From NCBI GenBank assembly GCA_965215365.1, contig CBDCDS010000003.1, positions 2,176,001 to 2,240,000 on the forward strand: 64,000 nucleotides of DNA. The letters run 5' to 3'. A program made the translations under genes and the position numbers. The notes under the pieces were generated by a model. It worked only from the letters and a program-made list of their open reading frames with translations. It did not search any database and was not told the DNA's origin. The DNA comes from Gammaproteobacteria bacterium. GTDB taxonomy: Bacteria > Pseudomonadota > Gammaproteobacteria > Eutrophobiales > Eutrophobiaceae. Positions 1 through 10,337 of this stretch are shown here, piece after piece (positions within the stretch are counted from its first letter, which is position 1; every line of letters starts with the position of its first letter).

Positions 1-936
1 CAGGAACCCGCCCAGGTCTTTGTGGATGAAGTAATCGAAGCTGTTCTTGGCGGTGTAGGTCGCCAAGTGTTTGTCCAGCACGGTGCGCTGCGGATTATTT
101 TCCGTCGGCGCACCCACTGCCAGTAATACCTGCCAGGCAGGTTCCAGGCTGTCCAGGATGCGTTCTGCAACAGCTTGGTTGATGGTCTCCTGCTGTTTGC
201 TGCCATTGCCATTCCAGGTTTTCTTTTCGTTCTCGGTCAGCGGCCGGTGGGTGAACCTGACGACAAGCTCATCACGGGTGATTTCAACTGCGTTGATGCC
301 AGCGCCTTGCGCCAGCAGGAAACGCCGCTGGCGGCCGTTGGCTTCCTTGATATTGTCCTTCTCATTATCGGCTCTGGCGGTTTCAAAGCGCACGCGACGC
401 TGTTCGGCGCCGGCGCCAACCGTGAAAACGTAGCAGGCATAGTTTTCAGTGGTCTTGATGTAATACTGGTCGGCGTTGGCCCAGTGCAGTTTAACCTCTT
501 CCCCATCGTAAGGGAGCAGGTAGGTGGGCTGGCCGCCGCCTGAGTAACGGCGTAATGACATGAAGTCGCCGTCGGCGTAATAGCGGGCGAAGAAATTGGC
601 AAGGTGGTTATAAACGTCCGCTTCTGCCGCCACATCAGCCCTGGCTTCCTTGAGCAGTTGTTGCAGTTCCGTGAATTTTGGCGTGGTCTCGAGATCGATG
701 CCCAGGTCACCGGCAGTTATACGCGCCTTAACCAGTTCATCTTCCAGGTCAGCCAGAGTCCTGGCAGCATTACCCGTCAACGCATCCTGCACCTGGGGCA
801 ACAGGTCCTTATCAAGGAAGTCCTCAATCTCCCTGGCCTTCAGGCTCATAATCCGGTACAAACCAAAGTCCAAATCGCCACGGTCGAGCTGGAACATCGT
901 CCGCAGAATTTCTTTTAAGCGATCGAATTTTTCCAT
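1..936 (-). CDS. Type III RM Mod-like site-specific DNA methyltransferase, N-terminal part (runs off window)
   Basis: Manually translated from ATG 936 (not in ORF track): MEKFDRLKEILRTMFQLDRGDLDFGLYRIM...PYDGEEVKLHWANADQYYIKT...TAKNSFDYFIHKDLGGFL, resembling N-termini of long Mod subunits; catalytic motifs lie outside the window. Confidence 0.75.
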   Translation of the reverse strand, partial: MEKFDRLKEILRTMFQLDRGDLDFGLYRIMSLKAREIEDFLDKDLLPQVQDALTGNAARTLADLEDELVKARITAGDLGIDLETTPKFTELQQLLKEARADVAAEADVYNHLANFFARYYADGDFMSLRRYSGGGQPTYLLPYDGEEVKLHWANADQYYIKTTENYACYVFTVGAGAEQRRVRFETARADNEKDNIKEANGRQRRFLLAQGAGINAVEITRDELVVRFTHRPLTENEKKTWNGNGSKQQETINQAVAERILDSLEPAWQVLLAVGAPTENNPQRTVLDKHLATYTAKNSFDYFIHKDLGGFL

Positions 937-1431
937 TTATTGCTTGCGGCGATGTATTGCCGCGCCCCCGCTTGCCATGTCACGAGCCTTACCCGGTTCG
1001 GCGATCAGTGCGTGTGTTCCAACGATGGCATCACGTAATCCTTCCATTAATCCTTCCTGGCGCGCCAAGCGTCCCTGCAACTGACTCACGGCCTCGCGTA
1101 ACTCTTCCATCAATCCTTCTTGACGCACCACGCGTCCCTGCAACTGACTCATGGCCTCGCGTAACCCTTCTATCAATCCTTCCTGACGCACCACGCGTTC
1201 TTGCAGTTGCCCCACATCCTCGCGTAACCGGTTAATTGCCTCAAGGTGTATATTGAACTCGGCCTTCATTTCCGATCGCACCGCTTTGAATTCCTCATGC
1301 ACCTCCCTGAATTCCGCACGATTCTCCTCACGCAGGTCCAGCATCTCTGCTCTCAGGTTATGTTGGCTGTACAGAATGAGGCCGGCCAGGCTTATGCCGA
1401 CACCGATGATTGCGATCAAATCTTTTGACAT
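937..1431 (-). CDS. Membrane-anchored coiled-coil protein with 21-aa tandem repeats
   Basis: N-terminal hydrophobic LIAIIGVGISLAGLILY; repeats LQ(E/G)RVVRQEGL(I/M)E(G/E)LREA; AAGGAGG RBS; stop abuts ATG of the methyltransferase. Confidence 0.8.
   Translation of the reverse strand: MSKDLIAIIGVGISLAGLILYSQHNLRAEMLDLREENRAEFREVHEEFKAVRSEMKAEFNIHLEAINRLREDVGQLQERVVRQEGLIEGLREAMSQLQGRVVRQEGLMEELREAVSQLQGRLARQEGLMEGLRDAIVGTHALIAEPGKARDMASGGAAIHRRKQ
1032..1228. repeat. 63-bp tandem repeat, ~3 copies
   Basis: C(A/G)CGTAA unit starts at 1032, 1095, 1158, 1221. Confidence 0.9.
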
Positions 1432-1560
1432 GACATGTCCTCCTTAAAACAGTTGTAAAATGTCCGTTTCGTATCCGAACAGGTGTTTTTGAGGATATAT
1501 AGATACGGAACCGGAGTCAAGAAAAAATGAAACGGGCGGCGCCCGGCGCGTGATCATATA

Positions 1561-2538
1561 ATGACAACCCATGAAGGAAAAATTATTACCAGCGGATTCA
1601 AACCGGCCTGGTGGCTGCCGGGCGGGAACCTGCAGACGCTGTGGCCTTATTTCTTGCGGCGGCGGCCGCGGTTGGATTTGACCCGTGAACGACTTGAACT
1701 GCCGGATGGGGATTTTGTTGACCTGTGCCTGACTGCAAATGCCGGCGCGCCGGTGGTGTGTGTGTTGCACGGGCTGGAAGGCTGCATCGATTCTCATTAC
1801 GTGAAACCGCTGCTGGCGGCTGTCGTGCAGCGCGGCTGGCATGGCGTGTTCATGCACTGGCGCGGGTGTAGCGGGACGCATAACCGCCTGGCGCGCAGTT
1901 ATCATTCCGGGGACACCGGCGATATCGGCTTTTTGCTGGAGCAGCTGCGCCGGCGTTTCCCTGGGGTTGCCATCGCCGCGACGGGCTATTCCCTGGGCGG
2001 CAATGCCTTGCTCAAATACTTAGGCGAAGCGTCGCGCCGGGGGCTGGTGCAGGCTGCGGCGGCAGTGTCTGTGCCTTACGACCTTGCGGCCGGCGCCCGC
2101 CGCCTGAAGCGGGGGTTTTCCAGGGTATATCAGCGCCGCTTCCTGCACTTACTGAAGCGCAAGATCAAGAGCAAGTTCAGCTCGATGGACGCTCCTGTTG
2201 ACCTTGATAAACTTCCACAAATGAATGATTTTTTCAGCTTCGATGGCGCCGTCACTGCGCCCTTGCACGGGTTTGCCGGGGCGGATGATTATTATTCCCG
2301 CAGCAGTTCCCGACAGTTTTTAAGGTCCATCGACGTACCGACCTTGTTGCTGCATGCGCGTGATGACCCGTTTATGACTGCGGCGGTGATTCCAACGGCA
2401 GCTGAGCTGTCGGACTGTGTACAACTGGAACTGGTCGCGCGCGGCGGGCATATCGGGTTTGTCGGCGGCTGCCTGCCGGGGTATGCTGTATATTGGCTGG
2501 AACGACGTATTATTGAGTTTTTTGAGGGGCGCTTATGA
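1561..2538 (+). CDS. yheT: YheT-family alpha/beta hydrolase
   Basis: ERLELPDGDFVDL, LHGLEG, GYSLGG nucleophile, DDPF, GGHIGF. Confidence 0.88.
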   Translation: MTTHEGKIITSGFKPAWWLPGGNLQTLWPYFLRRRPRLDLTRERLELPDGDFVDLCLTANAGAPVVCVLHGLEGCIDSHYVKPLLAAVVQRGWHGVFMHWRGCSGTHNRLARSYHSGDTGDIGFLLEQLRRRFPGVAIAATGYSLGGNALLKYLGEASRRGLVQAAAAVSVPYDLAAGARRLKRGFSRVYQRRFLHLLKRKIKSKFSSMDAPVDLDKLPQMNDFFSFDGAVTAPLHGFAGADDYYSRSSSRQFLRSIDVPTLLLHARDDPFMTAAVIPTAAELSDCVQLELVARGGHIGFVGGCLPGYAVYWLERRIIEFFEGRL

Positions 2539-2603
2539 AATACCGAACAGTTTTGGCGCTGGATTTTTGCCTGGACCGGAATAACGAGGTGGCGTGATCA
2601 AGC

Positions 2604-3131
2604 ATGGCGCGGACTTTGTGGTTAATCACTGAACGCCGGTTATTTCTGGTTGCAGCCTTGGCGTGTCTGGCGTTGCTGGGCTTTGGGTACTACCTGCAAT
2701 TTGTGCAGGGGTTGGAGCCGTGTCCGTTGTGTATCCTGCAGCGGGGCGCGTATCTGGGCGTTGGGCTGGTTTGTCTGGTCGCCTGCCTGCACGGTTCTGC
2801 CGTCCGTCTGTACAGTGGGCTGGCGCTGGTTTGCGCGCTGACGGGCGCCGCTATCGCCGGGCGTCAGGTGTGGTTACAGCAGCTACCGCCAGAACGGCTG
2901 CCGGAATGCGGGCCGGGGCTGGATTTTATCCTGCAGGCGTGGCCGTTGTTCGAGGCCTTGAGGCTGATCTTCACCGGCTCCGGGGAATGTGCGGAAACTG
3001 TGTGGACATTCCTGTCTCTGAGTATCGCCGAGTGGAGTTTGTTCTGGTTTGCCGCGTTATCAGCACTGTTTGTATATCAGATTTTTTCAGCCCCCCTGCG
3101 TCATTCCCGCGCAAGCGGGTCAACGCCGTAA
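2604..3131 (+). CDS. dsbB: Disulfide bond formation protein B
   Basis: LEPCPLCILQR, second Cys pair (PECGPGL...GSGEC), four TM segments. Confidence 0.93.
   Translation: MARTLWLITERRLFLVAALACLALLGFGYYLQFVQGLEPCPLCILQRGAYLGVGLVCLVACLHGSAVRLYSGLALVCALTGAAIAGRQVWLQQLPPERLPECGPGLDFILQAWPLFEALRLIFTGSGECAETVWTFLSLSIAEWSLFWFAALSALFVYQIFSAPLRHSRASGSTP
3099..3119. repeat. REP-like palindrome of GTCATTCCCGCG..GCGGG type (solo arm)
   Basis: CGTCATTCCCGCGCAAGCGGG at dsbB/ffh convergent ends; related to pair at 17879-17984. Confidence 0.7.
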
Positions 3132-4511
3132 GCCGCGCGGTATATTTCCCATATTCCCGTTACCCGTATTGCCGGTGAGGCCGCGCATCATGTTCTCTAT
3201 GCCGCCTTTTTTGCTCAGCTTTTTGGTCATCTTCTGCATCCGGGTAAACTGCTTGAGCAGGCGGTTGATGTCCTGTATCTGCGTGCCGGAACCGATGGCG
3301 ATGCGCTTCTTGCGGGAACCGTTGACCACGGCCGGGAAGCGCCGCTCGCCGGAGGTCATGGAGTTGATGATCGCCTCAAAGCGGGCCAGCTCGCGCTCCT
3401 GACCGGCGACTCCACCCATGGCACCGGCGGCGGCTTGCTGCATCCCCGGTATCTTGTCCAGCACACCGCCGAGCCCGCCCAGGTTCTGCAACTGCCGGAG
3501 CTGTTCGCGAAAATCATCCAGGTCAAAGCCCCTGCCCCGTTTCAGCTTCCTGGCCATCTTTTGCGCTTTTTCCTGGTCTGCCTTTTGCTCCACTTCCTCG
3601 ATCAGGCTCAGCATATCGCCCATGCCGAGGATGCGCGAGGCCATCCGCTCGGGATGGAACGGGGACAGTTCCGAGGCCTTCTCCCCGGCGCCCAGGAACA
3701 GGATGGGTTTACCGGTCACGTGGCGGACCGATAACGCCGCGCCCCCGCGAGCATCACCATCGACCTTGGTCAGGATTACTCCGCTCAAATCCAGGGCCTC
3801 GTTAAAGGCCGCCGCCGCGTTGACTGCGTCCTGCCCCATCATGCTGTCTATCAAAAACAAGGTGTCAGACGGTTGCAGCACGCGCTGGATATGGCGGATC
3901 TCCGCCATCATGTCCTCATCCACATGCAGCCGGCCGGCACTATCGACGATGAGTATATCGGCAAAACGGCTACGGGCATGTTGTCGCGCGGCCGCGGCGA
4001 TGGCAACAGGTTCACGGCCGTCCCCGGCGCTGAAATAGTCCAGCTGGTTTTCCTGTGCCAGCACCCGCAACTGCTCCTGCGCCGCCGGGCGATAGACGTC
4101 GCAACTGCTCACCAGCACGGACTTGTTATGCTGCTCCCGACACCATTTACCCAATTTCGCCACCGTGGTGGTCTTGCCGGCGCCCTGCAGGCCGGCCACC
4201 AGGATGATCGCCGGCGGCGACACTTTCAGGTTGAGCTCGGCCTGACCGTCTCCCATCAGGCGCACCAACTCGTCCTGGACGACCCGGAGCAGCGCCTGCC
4301 CCGGGGTGAGGCTGCTTGTTACCTCCCGGCCCAGCGCCTGCCCTTCAACGCGCCGGATAAACTCCTGAACCACCGGCAGCGCCACATCTGCCTCCAGCAA
4401 GGCCCTACGCACATCCCGCAGGGTGGCCGCGACATTCTCTTGCGTCAGCCGCGCATGACCGCGCAACTGTTGCACAATACGCCCGAAGCGCCCGGTCAGA
4501 TTTTCAAACAT
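3120..4511 (-). CDS. ffh: Signal recognition particle protein
   Basis: GLQGAGKTTT, DSAGR, TKVDGDARGG, FHPERMASRILGMGD, M domain. Confidence 0.98.
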   Translation of the reverse strand: MFENLTGRFGRIVQQLRGHARLTQENVAATLRDVRRALLEADVALPVVQEFIRRVEGQALGREVTSSLTPGQALLRVVQDELVRLMGDGQAELNLKVSPPAIILVAGLQGAGKTTTVAKLGKWCREQHNKSVLVSSCDVYRPAAQEQLRVLAQENQLDYFSAGDGREPVAIAAAARQHARSRFADILIVDSAGRLHVDEDMMAEIRHIQRVLQPSDTLFLIDSMMGQDAVNAAAAFNEALDLSGVILTKVDGDARGGAALSVRHVTGKPILFLGAGEKASELSPFHPERMASRILGMGDMLSLIEEVEQKADQEKAQKMARKLKRGRGFDLDDFREQLRQLQNLGGLGGVLDKIPGMQQAAAGAMGGVAGQERELARFEAIINSMTSGERRFPAVVNGSRKKRIAIGSGTQIQDINRLLKQFTRMQKMTKKLSKKGGIENMMRGLTGNTGNGNMGNIPRGLRR

Positions 4512-4597
4512 GCTGTTCTCTCAGGCGCCTCGTGTTTGTGAGAGGCGCCCTTAAGGTTAAAAAACTGTGTTACTCTGTGCCGTCTTTGGATAGATTT

Positions 4598-5401
4598 ATG
4601 ATTATTAGCACTGCCGTTATTCTACTCTATTTCCTGACCGCCGTGTGGCTGGGTAACAGGATTTTCCGGTTGCGTCTGGGTACGGATGCTTTCAGTCACA
4701 GGATTGCCGCGCTGGCCGGATTGGCATTGTCCGGTCACGGCCTGGTCCTGTATCGGGAAATTGTGGTTACCACAGGCTTCAACCTGGGTTTTTACCATGC
4801 CCTGTCACTGGTCTGCTGGGCTATTGCGGCACTGGCCGTGCTGGTCGGGTTATACCGGGCCATGAGTAATCTGGTGGTGATCTTCTTTCCTGCCGCGGCG
4901 CTGGCGCTGTTGCTGCAAAGCGTTACCCCCAGTATCAATATCATTTCCAGTGGCATTACCGCCGGACTGAAAATACACATCATCCTGTCGATAGCGGCCT
5001 ACAGCCTGTTGACTCTGGGCGCCTTGCAGGCGTTGCTGCTGACCGTTCAGGAAACCCGGTTACGCAAGCGGCAACCCGTGTCGGTGTTGCAAGTCCTGCC
5101 GCCCATGCAGGTGCTGGAAGAACTGCTGGTACAGACCCTTGCCATCGGTTTTTTCCTGCTCAGCCTGAGTCTGTCCACAGGCTTCATGTTCATGCACGAC
5201 ATGTTGGAGCAACGCCTCTCACACAAAGTGGTGTTATCCATCCTGACCTGGCTCATCTTTGCGGTCGTACTTTGGGGCCGGTGGGCGCGCGGCTGGCGCG
5301 GGCGCACGCTGAGTCGCTGGACTCTGGGTGGTTGCGCGTCCCTGGTACTGGCTTACTTCGGCTCCAAACTGGTGCTGGAACTCATTCTCCAGCGCGTGTA
5401 A
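4598..5401 (+). CDS. ypjD: Cytochrome c assembly-family inner membrane protein (YpjD/CcsA-like)
   Basis: Multi-TM; HIILSIAAY, HKVVLSILTW, GWRGR, LAYFGSKLVLE; conserved divergent position next to ffh. Confidence 0.85.
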   Translation: MIISTAVILLYFLTAVWLGNRIFRLRLGTDAFSHRIAALAGLALSGHGLVLYREIVVTTGFNLGFYHALSLVCWAIAALAVLVGLYRAMSNLVVIFFPAAALALLLQSVTPSINIISSGITAGLKIHIILSIAAYSLLTLGALQALLLTVQETRLRKRQPVSVLQVLPPMQVLEELLVQTLAIGFFLLSLSLSTGFMFMHDMLEQRLSHKVVLSILTWLIFAVVLWGRWARGWRGRTLSRWTLGGCASLVLAYFGSKLVLELILQRV

Positions 5402-5475
5402 GTTGAACACCGTTCGCCATGCCGACGGAACAGGCGCCGTTATATCATCTTATTACATCAACCGAGGCCATTTCC

Positions 5476-6756
5476 ATGGATGAAATTTCCATATTTCTGT
5501 TAGCAATCATTGTCGTGCTGCTGCTTGCTGTCGCCGCGTTCTTTTCCGGGTCGGAAACCGGCATGATGGCGGTAAACCGTTACCGCTTACGTCATCTTGC
5601 CAACGACGGGCACAAGGGCGCCATTAAGACTGCCGGGTTGCTGGAACGCACCGATCGGCTGCTGGGCTTGATCCTGTTATGCAATAACGTCGTCAATTTC
5701 TATGCCGCCTCCCTGTTCACGCTGATTGTGGTACGGTATCTGGGCGACACCGTCGGCCAGGCCTTGGGGCCGTTGATTTTCACCGCAATCTTCCTGGTTG
5801 TTTCCGAAACGGCGCCTAAGACCGTAGCGGCTTATCGTCCGGAGCAATTCGCCTTCCCCGCCTCCCATGTCCTCAAGCCGTTATCAGTCGTATGTTACCC
5901 GTTGGTCTGGGCCATCAACCGCGCGTCCAACAAATTTCTGGCGCTGCTACGCTTCAAACTGGATGACACCCGGCAAACCAGTCTGTCGCGGGAAGAATTG
6001 AAGACCGCGCTCTCGGAAGCGGGCAAGACGCTGCCGGCCAAGCACCTGAACATGCTGCTCGGCATCCTCGACTTAGAGCAGATAACGGTGGCGGATATCA
6101 TGGCGCCGCGTAATGAAATTGCGGGGCTGGACATCAATGATGATGTCAACGAGATACTGGATTATCTTACCCAGACCTCACATACCCGGCTGCCGTTGTA
6201 CCGGGGCAGTTTGGATGAGATCGTCGGCGTCATCCATGTGCGGCGGGTGCTGCGCCTGCTCCGGGACGCGGATGAAATCACCCGGGAAGACCTGGAACAA
6301 GTGGCCGAAGAGCCCCACTTCGTCCCGCTCAACATGTCCCTGAACGCACAAATGCTGGCTTTCCAGCAGACCAGAAAACGCCTAGGTTTTGTGGTGGATG
6401 AATACGGAATTATCCAGGGGCTGCTCACGCTGGAAGATATCTTAGAGGAGATTGTCGGTGAGTTCACCACAGACTTTCAAGCCCATCACGTCGATATCGT
6501 CAAACAGCAGGACGGTTCCTACATTATCGATGGCAGCGCGCCGTTGCGGGACATCAACCGACAACTGGGCTGGACTTTGCCGGCCGACGGCCCGAAAACC
6601 CTGAACGGACTGGTGCTGGAACGGCTGGAGACTATGCCGGAACCAGGCACCTCCTTGAAGATAGACAACGTCACCCTGGAGATCACGCAGGTCACAGACA
6701 ATGCAGTGAAGTCAGTACGGGTGAAATTGTTGGACGAGCAGTACTCTCTTCTGTAA
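5476..6756 (+). CDS. corB: CNNM/HlyC-CorC family transporter (DUF21-CBS-CorC)
   Basis: AFFSGSETGMMAVNRYRLRH, CBS pair, VVDEYG..GLLTLEDILEEIVGE; alternative start 5419. Confidence 0.9.
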   Translation: MDEISIFLLAIIVVLLLAVAAFFSGSETGMMAVNRYRLRHLANDGHKGAIKTAGLLERTDRLLGLILLCNNVVNFYAASLFTLIVVRYLGDTVGQALGPLIFTAIFLVVSETAPKTVAAYRPEQFAFPASHVLKPLSVVCYPLVWAINRASNKFLALLRFKLDDTRQTSLSREELKTALSEAGKTLPAKHLNMLLGILDLEQITVADIMAPRNEIAGLDINDDVNEILDYLTQTSHTRLPLYRGSLDEIVGVIHVRRVLRLLRDADEITREDLEQVAEEPHFVPLNMSLNAQMLAFQQTRKRLGFVVDEYGIIQGLLTLEDILEEIVGEFTTDFQAHHVDIVKQQDGSYIIDGSAPLRDINRQLGWTLPADGPKTLNGLVLERLETMPEPGTSLKIDNVTLEITQVTDNAVKSVRVKLLDEQYSLL

Positions 6757-6806
6757 GTTCTTGACGAACTGCCCTGCCCTATCACAACAACCCGACGACA
6801 GAGCCC

Positions 6807-7493
6807 ATGAGCAAAACAAAAATCGCAGTATTCGCCGCAGTCAGCGCGTTGGTGGCTGCATTTTTCATTTTCGACCTGGGGCAGTATTTCAACCTGGAAT
6901 ACCTGAAGGCGCAACAGGCCGTGATAGACAGGTATTACGCAGCAAAGCCGTTGGTGACTGCGGCCTCCTTCTTTTTTCTGTACGTCGTTATTACCGGTTT
7001 ATCGCTGCCCGGTGCGGCAATCCTGACCCTGGCCGCAGGCGCGATTTTCGGCCTGCTGTGGGGAACGGTCATTGCCTCGTTGGCCTCTACGCTGGGAGCG
7101 ACCCTGGCTTTTCTGTTCTCCCGCTACCTGTTCCGGGACGCCATACAGTCTCGTTTTGCCGACAAACTGGGCGCCATCAACAAGGGCGTGGCCGAGGACG
7201 GCGCCTTTTACCTGTTCACGCTACGCCTGGTGCCGCTGTTCCCGTATTTTGTCATCAATCTGGTCATGGGGCTGACCCCCATCCGGGCGCTGACTTTCTT
7301 CCTCGTCAGTCAGGCCGGGATGCTGGCCGGCACTATCGTCTATGTCAATGCCGGCACCCAGATCGCCAAAATCGAACAACTCAAGGACATCGCTTCACCG
7401 GGGTTGATCCTGTCCTTTGTGCTGTTAGGTATCTTCCCGTTGCTGGCAAAAAAGGCGGTGGATTACCTGAAACAGCGTAAGGCTCACGCCTGA
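6807..7493 (+). CDS. TVP38/TMEM64 (DedA superfamily) membrane protein
   Basis: LSLPGAAILTLAAGAIFG, YLFTLRLVPLFPYFVINLVMGLT. Confidence 0.9.
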   Translation: MSKTKIAVFAAVSALVAAFFIFDLGQYFNLEYLKAQQAVIDRYYAAKPLVTAASFFFLYVVITGLSLPGAAILTLAAGAIFGLLWGTVIASLASTLGATLAFLFSRYLFRDAIQSRFADKLGAINKGVAEDGAFYLFTLRLVPLFPYFVINLVMGLTPIRALTFFLVSQAGMLAGTIVYVNAGTQIAKIEQLKDIASPGLILSFVLLGIFPLLAKKAVDYLKQRKAHA

Positions 7494-7499
7494 ACAAAC

Positions 7500-8852
7500 A
7501 TGGCTGACCATGACTATGATTTGTTTGTTATTGGCGCCGGCTCGGGGGGGGTGCGCGCGGCGCGCATGGCCGGCGGCTTTGGCGCGCGGGTGGGGATTGC
7601 TGAGGAACGTTATCTGGGCGGTACCTGTGTCAATGTCGGCTGTATCCCGAAAAAACTGTTTGTGTACGCCGCACACTTTGCCGAGGAGTTCCGGGATGCT
7701 GCGGGCTATGGCTGGCAGCTGGCCGGAGCGGACTTTAACTGGAACGCGTTACTGAAAAATAAAAATAATGAAATTAAACGGTTAAATGAAATTTATGCAA
7801 ATTTACTTAAACTTAACAACGTAGTTATCCATGATGGCCGGGGCGTAGTGACGGGACCCCACTCGGTACGGGTTAATGGCAAGGAGCTCAGCGCCGAGCG
7901 TATCCTGGTGGCCACCGGCAGCTGGCCACAGCTCCCGGATATCCCGGGCCGGGAACATATCATCTCTTCTAATGAGGCGTTTTTTCTCGAGTCCCTGCCG
8001 CAACGCGTGGTGATCGCGGGCGGCGGGTATATCGCAGTCGAATTTGCCGGTATCTTCCACGGACTGGGAGTGGACACCACCCTGGTCTATCGCGGTGATT
8101 TATTCCTGCGCGGGTTTGACGAGGAACTGCGCGAGTTCCTGGCCGAGCAGCTGCGCGCGCAAGGCATTAAGCTGTTGTTCAACACCCACATAGACCGCAT
8201 AGAGCAGCATAACGGCCATTATCAGGCGCACTCGCCAGAGGCGGGCGCCCTGCCGGCTGACCTGGTGTTATACGCAACCGGGCGCCGACCGCATACACAC
8301 GACCTAGGACTGGAAACAGCCGGCGTAGCCTTAAACGACAAGGGCGCCATCATCGTGGATGCGGATTACCGTAGTTCTGTGCCTTCCATTTACGCCATCG
8401 GCGACGTCACCGATCGCATGAACCTGACCCCGGTCGCCACCGCGGAGGGTACGGCGCTGGCGCACAACCTGTTCAACCGGCAGTCAAGACGGGTGGACTA
8501 CCGTGACATCGCCACCTGCATCTTCAGCCAGCCCACTCTGGGTACAGTGGGCCTGACCGAGGCCCAAGCGCGCCGGGACTATAAGCATGTGGATGTGTAC
8601 AAGTCCCGCTTCACCCCCCTCAAACACACCTTGACCGATAATCCCGGGCAGACTCTGATGAAACTGCTCGTGGACCGGGACAGCGACCGGGTGCTGGGCG
8701 TACACATGGTCGGCCCGGATGCCGGCGAGATCATCCAGGGTCTGGCTATCGCCCTGAAAGCCGGCGCCACCAAGGCCACCTTCGATGCCACTATCGGGAT
8801 TCACCCCACTGCGGCGGAGGAATTTGTGACCATGCGGGAGCCGGTGAGTTGA
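7500..8852 (+). CDS. gor: Glutathione-disulfide reductase
   Basis: [42 protein letters not shown]. Confidence 0.96.
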   Translation: MADHDYDLFVIGAGSGGVRAARMAGGFGARVGIAEERYLGGTCVNVGCIPKKLFVYAAHFAEEFRDAAGYGWQLAGADFNWNALLKNKNNEIKRLNEIYANLLKLNNVVIHDGRGVVTGPHSVRVNGKELSAERILVATGSWPQLPDIPGREHIISSNEAFFLESLPQRVVIAGGGYIAVEFAGIFHGLGVDTTLVYRGDLFLRGFDEELREFLAEQLRAQGIKLLFNTHIDRIEQHNGHYQAHSPEAGALPADLVLYATGRRPHTHDLGLETAGVALNDKGAIIVDADYRSSVPSIYAIGDVTDRMNLTPVATAEGTALAHNLFNRQSRRVDYRDIATCIFSQPTLGTVGLTEAQARRDYKHVDVYKSRFTPLKHTLTDNPGQTLMKLLVDRDSDRVLGVHMVGPDAGEIIQGLAIALKAGATKATFDATIGIHPTAAEEFVTMREPVS

Positions 8853-8857
8853 AGGAG

Positions 8858-8910
8858 TTATCCGCAGCTTAGCGCAGAAAAAAAGACAATCTGCGTCACA
8901 CCTGCCGATA
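8858..8910. repeat. Degenerate GCAGAT-family inverted repeat pair
   Basis: TTATCCGCAGCTTAGCGCAG...ATCTGCGTCACACCTGCCGATA between gor and modA. Confidence 0.65.
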
Positions 8911-8914
8911 CATT

Positions 8915-9673
8915 ATGCGTATATCTGTCTGTCTGTTATTGTTGCTTTGGTTGCCGGGCGCTTACCCGGAAGCCCTGAATGTCGCAGTGGCGTCCAACCT
9001 GACTCATACCCTGACTGAGATCAGTGAGGCGTTTTACCGGGAGCAAGGGCGGCGGGTGAACCTGACGTTCGGCTCGTCCGGTAATTTTGCCCGGCAGATC
9101 GTGCAGGGCGCGCCTTATACCGTGTTCATCTCCGCCGGCAGACAGTATGTGGACTTTGTGCGCGCCCACCACCGGGGCGCAAGTCGGGTCAAGCCCTTGA
9201 TCAACGGTAGCCTGAGCCTGTACATACCGCCCGGCGCCCGGCTGGAACCGCCGGCAACACTGGCCGCAGCGCAGCGCCTGCTGCGCTACAGTGAGTATCG
9301 CCGTCTGGCCATGGCCAACCCGGAACACGCGCCTTACGGTCAGGCGACCCGGATCGCCTTGATCAATGCCGGAGTATGGGCTTTTGACGCAAAAAAACTG
9401 CTGTTGGGAGAAAACGCCGCCCAGGCCATGCAATTCTGCCTGTCCGGCAGCGTGGATCTGTGTGTCGTCCCGACCTCATTTCTGACTCTGGAACAATTCG
9501 CCGCCAGGGGGACGCACTTCCAACTGCCACAACACTGGCATCCGCCTATTGCCCAATATGCGGTACTTCTCGGTGAAGACAACGAACCGGGACTGCGCTA
9601 CTACGATTACCTGTCCTCCCGCACCAGCACCGACATTTTCAGGAAATACGGGTATGGACTGGCAAGCCCTTAA
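8915..9673 (+). CDS. modA: Molybdate/tungstate ABC transporter periplasmic protein
   Basis: Signal peptide, VAVASNL, FGSSG, ANPEHAPYG, GENAAQA. Confidence 0.92.
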   Translation: MRISVCLLLLLWLPGAYPEALNVAVASNLTHTLTEISEAFYREQGRRVNLTFGSSGNFARQIVQGAPYTVFISAGRQYVDFVRAHHRGASRVKPLINGSLSLYIPPGARLEPPATLAAAQRLLRYSEYRRLAMANPEHAPYGQATRIALINAGVWAFDAKKLLLGENAAQAMQFCLSGSVDLCVVPTSFLTLEQFAARGTHFQLPQHWHPPIAQYAVLLGEDNEPGLRYYDYLSSRTSTDIFRKYGYGLASP

Positions 9674-10325
9674 CGTTTCCCTGTTGCTGGCCGGATTGAC
9701 GGCGCTGCTGCTGACGCCGGTCGGGGTTGTCATTGCGCGCAAGCTGGCCTGGTCGCGCTTTGCCGGACGCAACGTCATACAGGCGTTGATTGCTCTACCC
9801 CTGATACTACCGCCGACAGTGCTGGGTTTTTACCTGATGGTCAGTCTGGGCGAGCTCTCGCCCCTGGGCGCGCGCTACCGGGACCTGACCGGAGACGCGC
9901 TGGTATTTTCGTTCGAGGGCATCCTGCTGGCGTCCGTGCTCTTCAACATCCCGTTTGCGGTGCAACCGGCGCAACGCAGCTTCGAGGCCATCCCGATCAA
10001 TATCCGTGAAGCGGCCTGGTGTAGCGGCCTGTCGAACTGGCAGACCTTCTGGCGTATTGAGCTGCCCCTGGCCTGGCCGGGCGTAGTGTCTTCCGCAGTG
10101 CTGACCGTAGCCCACACCCTGGGCGAGTTCGGCGTGGTGCTCATGGTGGGCGGCAATCTGGCCGGTGAGACGCGCACGGTAGCCATAGCCATTTATGACC
10201 GCGTACAGGCATTCGATAATGCCGGCGCCGCCACCATGTCTGCGGTGCTGCTGGCGATTTCGCTGTTTGCCATCAGCTTGATCTACTTCCTGACTGACCG
10301 TAGCGGACACTTTGACAAGCAGTAA
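9654..10325 (+). CDS. modB: Molybdate ABC transporter permease
   Basis: LPLILPPTVLGFYL, AHTLGEFGVVLMVGGN; start MDWQAL at 9654. Confidence 0.95.
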   Translation: MDWQALNVSLLLAGLTALLLTPVGVVIARKLAWSRFAGRNVIQALIALPLILPPTVLGFYLMVSLGELSPLGARYRDLTGDALVFSFEGILLASVLFNIPFAVQPAQRSFEAIPINIREAAWCSGLSNWQTFWRIELPLAWPGVVSSAVLTVAHTLGEFGVVLMVGGNLAGETRTVAIAIYDRVQAFDNAGAATMSAVLLAISLFAISLIYFLTDRSGHFDKQ

Positions 10326-10337
10326 TGACAGCTAATT

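Noticed and set aside
71-1084. Several 100-157 aa ORFs in the track
   Set aside because: They are shadow or out-of-frame ORFs over the minus-strand methyltransferase, which runs off the window.
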